NCBI GenBank assembly: GCA_037133475.1
Contig: JBAXOB010000002.1
Coordinates: 132,121-196,120, forward strand
Source of the DNA: Bacteroidota bacterium
GTDB lineage: Bacteria > Bacteroidota > Bacteroidia > Bacteroidales > FEN-979
Length of the DNA stretch: 64,000 bases
Reading direction: 5' to 3'
Every line of letters starts with the position of its first letter. Within the stretch, counting starts at the first letter, position 1. The translations under genes were made by a program, and so were the position numbers. The notes beneath the pieces are model-generated. The model was not told where the DNA came from. It was given only the letters and a program-made list of their open reading frames with translations, and did not search any database. Below are positions 63,439-64,000 of this stretch, piece by piece.

Positions 63439-64000
63439 CTAGGTTACCACCAGTTTTTCTATCATCATCACTTTTCGTGCATACGCCATTACAAGGTATA
63501 TTCCCGGTTTGAGGGAAAACGCCAACTGTCCCTTGAACGAGGGGGCCAGTTTTTGCTGCCCTACCAGTCGCCCGGCCAGGTCAAAGACCTGTATCTCAAT
63601 GGGTCCCTTTTCACCAGTAAAATCAACCCTGATCAAGCCATCCTTACAAGGGTTGGGATAAATCCTGGTCCCGGAAAGCATATCCTTGCTATCAATCCCC
63701 GAGGCATTTGTAAGGAATGCCTTCAGGGCTGCCGTTGGTTTCCCGTCGGCGCCCCAGCAGCCCAGCTGGTAGCCGCTCCAGCTTTTGGCCCCTTCAGGCT
63801 CCCAGTAAATTACACCGAGCCCCTTGCCGCCCGGAACCGCTTTAACCGTTTCAATCACCGCAACCAGCATATCATAGGTGTTCTGCACCAGGGTATAATC
63901 GCCTCCCGTCTCTACCACCATTACCTCTTTCCCGTACCTTGAAACCATGTCATCCAGGTTGTTGCCAAGGCCGGCGATCGTTGCGGTATAGTCCGTCCCG
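63439..64000 (-). CDS. GH53 endo-beta-1,4-galactanase (partial; N-terminus beyond window) with T9SS sorting domain
   Basis: The frame is open to the window edge. 'KEVMVVETGG' and 'GLGVIYWEPEG' are GH53-type catalytic-region motifs. C-terminal 'TRIYPNPCKDGLIRVDF...' is a Por-secretion tail. Confidence 0.78.
   Translation of the reverse strand, partial: GTDYTATIAGLGNNLDDMVSRYGKEVMVVETGGDYTLVQNTYDMLVAVIETVKAVPGGKGLGVIYWEPEGAKSWSGYQLGCWGADGKPTAALKAFLTNASGIDSKDMLSGTRIYPNPCKDGLIRVDFTGEKGPIEIQVFDLAGRLVGQQKLAPSFKGQLAFSLKPGIYLVMAYARKVMMIEKLVVT

Noticed and set aside
1-64000. Mobile genetic element, prophage or defence island.
   Set aside because: By eye I found no integrase, transposase, recombinase, tRNA target, long terminal repeats, or recognisable restriction, Cas or abortive-infection domains. 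The only mobile-type remnants are the decayed TA pair and the ABC relic.

Overview
Bacteroidota-like chromosomal segment. The taxonomic call rests on T9SS C-terminal sorting domains, an ECF-sigma/FecR/TonB-receptor/DUF4249 module, and TAnnTTTG -7 promoter boxes 17-37 nt upstream of many start codons. The window is densely coding on both strands. By eye I found no rRNA, tRNA, CRISPR array, transposase or integrase.

Layout:
- 0.3-9 kb: GH47 mannosidase, DEAD-box helicase, cold-shock protein, ABC-2 exporter, and a RelA-type RSH.
- 9.2-16.9 kb: a liu-type leucine/isovalerate catabolic operon (MCCase beta, enoyl-CoA hydratase, MCCase alpha, two divergent HMG-CoA-lyase paralogues, acyl-CoA dehydrogenase).
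- 17-23.2 kb: ECF trans-envelope signalling module.
- 23.4-28 kb: acyl-CoA ligase and T9SS cargo.
- 28.4-49.7 kb: the most interesting part, a purine/urate catabolic supercluster. It holds mocA, xdhC, a single-polypeptide xanthine dehydrogenase, ygeY, ygeW, hyuA, ssnA, a [2Fe-2S]-fused selenium-type molybdenum hydroxylase, ygfK and a CDA-fold guanine deaminase. This mirrors the E. coli ygeW-guaD neighbourhood. Canonical ygeX/dpaL, carbamate kinase, ygfM, yqeB/C and selD are absent from the window. Instead, two uncharacterised fold-type-II PLP enzymes sit inside the ygfK-hydroxylase operon.
- 49.7-64 kb: a TPR/GT-C membrane protein, a toxin-antitoxin pair with a decayed toxin, T9SS repeat cargo, an SPFH protein with four internal repeats plus an orphan TonB-C domain, small uncharacterised envelope proteins, an FGE-OmpA fusion, and a partial GH53 galactanase.

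Non-coding signals:
- A 33-nt bipartite motif present twice in the ECF module.
- Heptad-phased repeat arrays at two loci.
- A three-member family of CACAA-rich palindromic intergenic elements.
- An ABC-ATPase relic and an unlisted 59-aa winged-helix ORF.

All calls come from by-eye motif recognition and remembered sequences. No searches were run.
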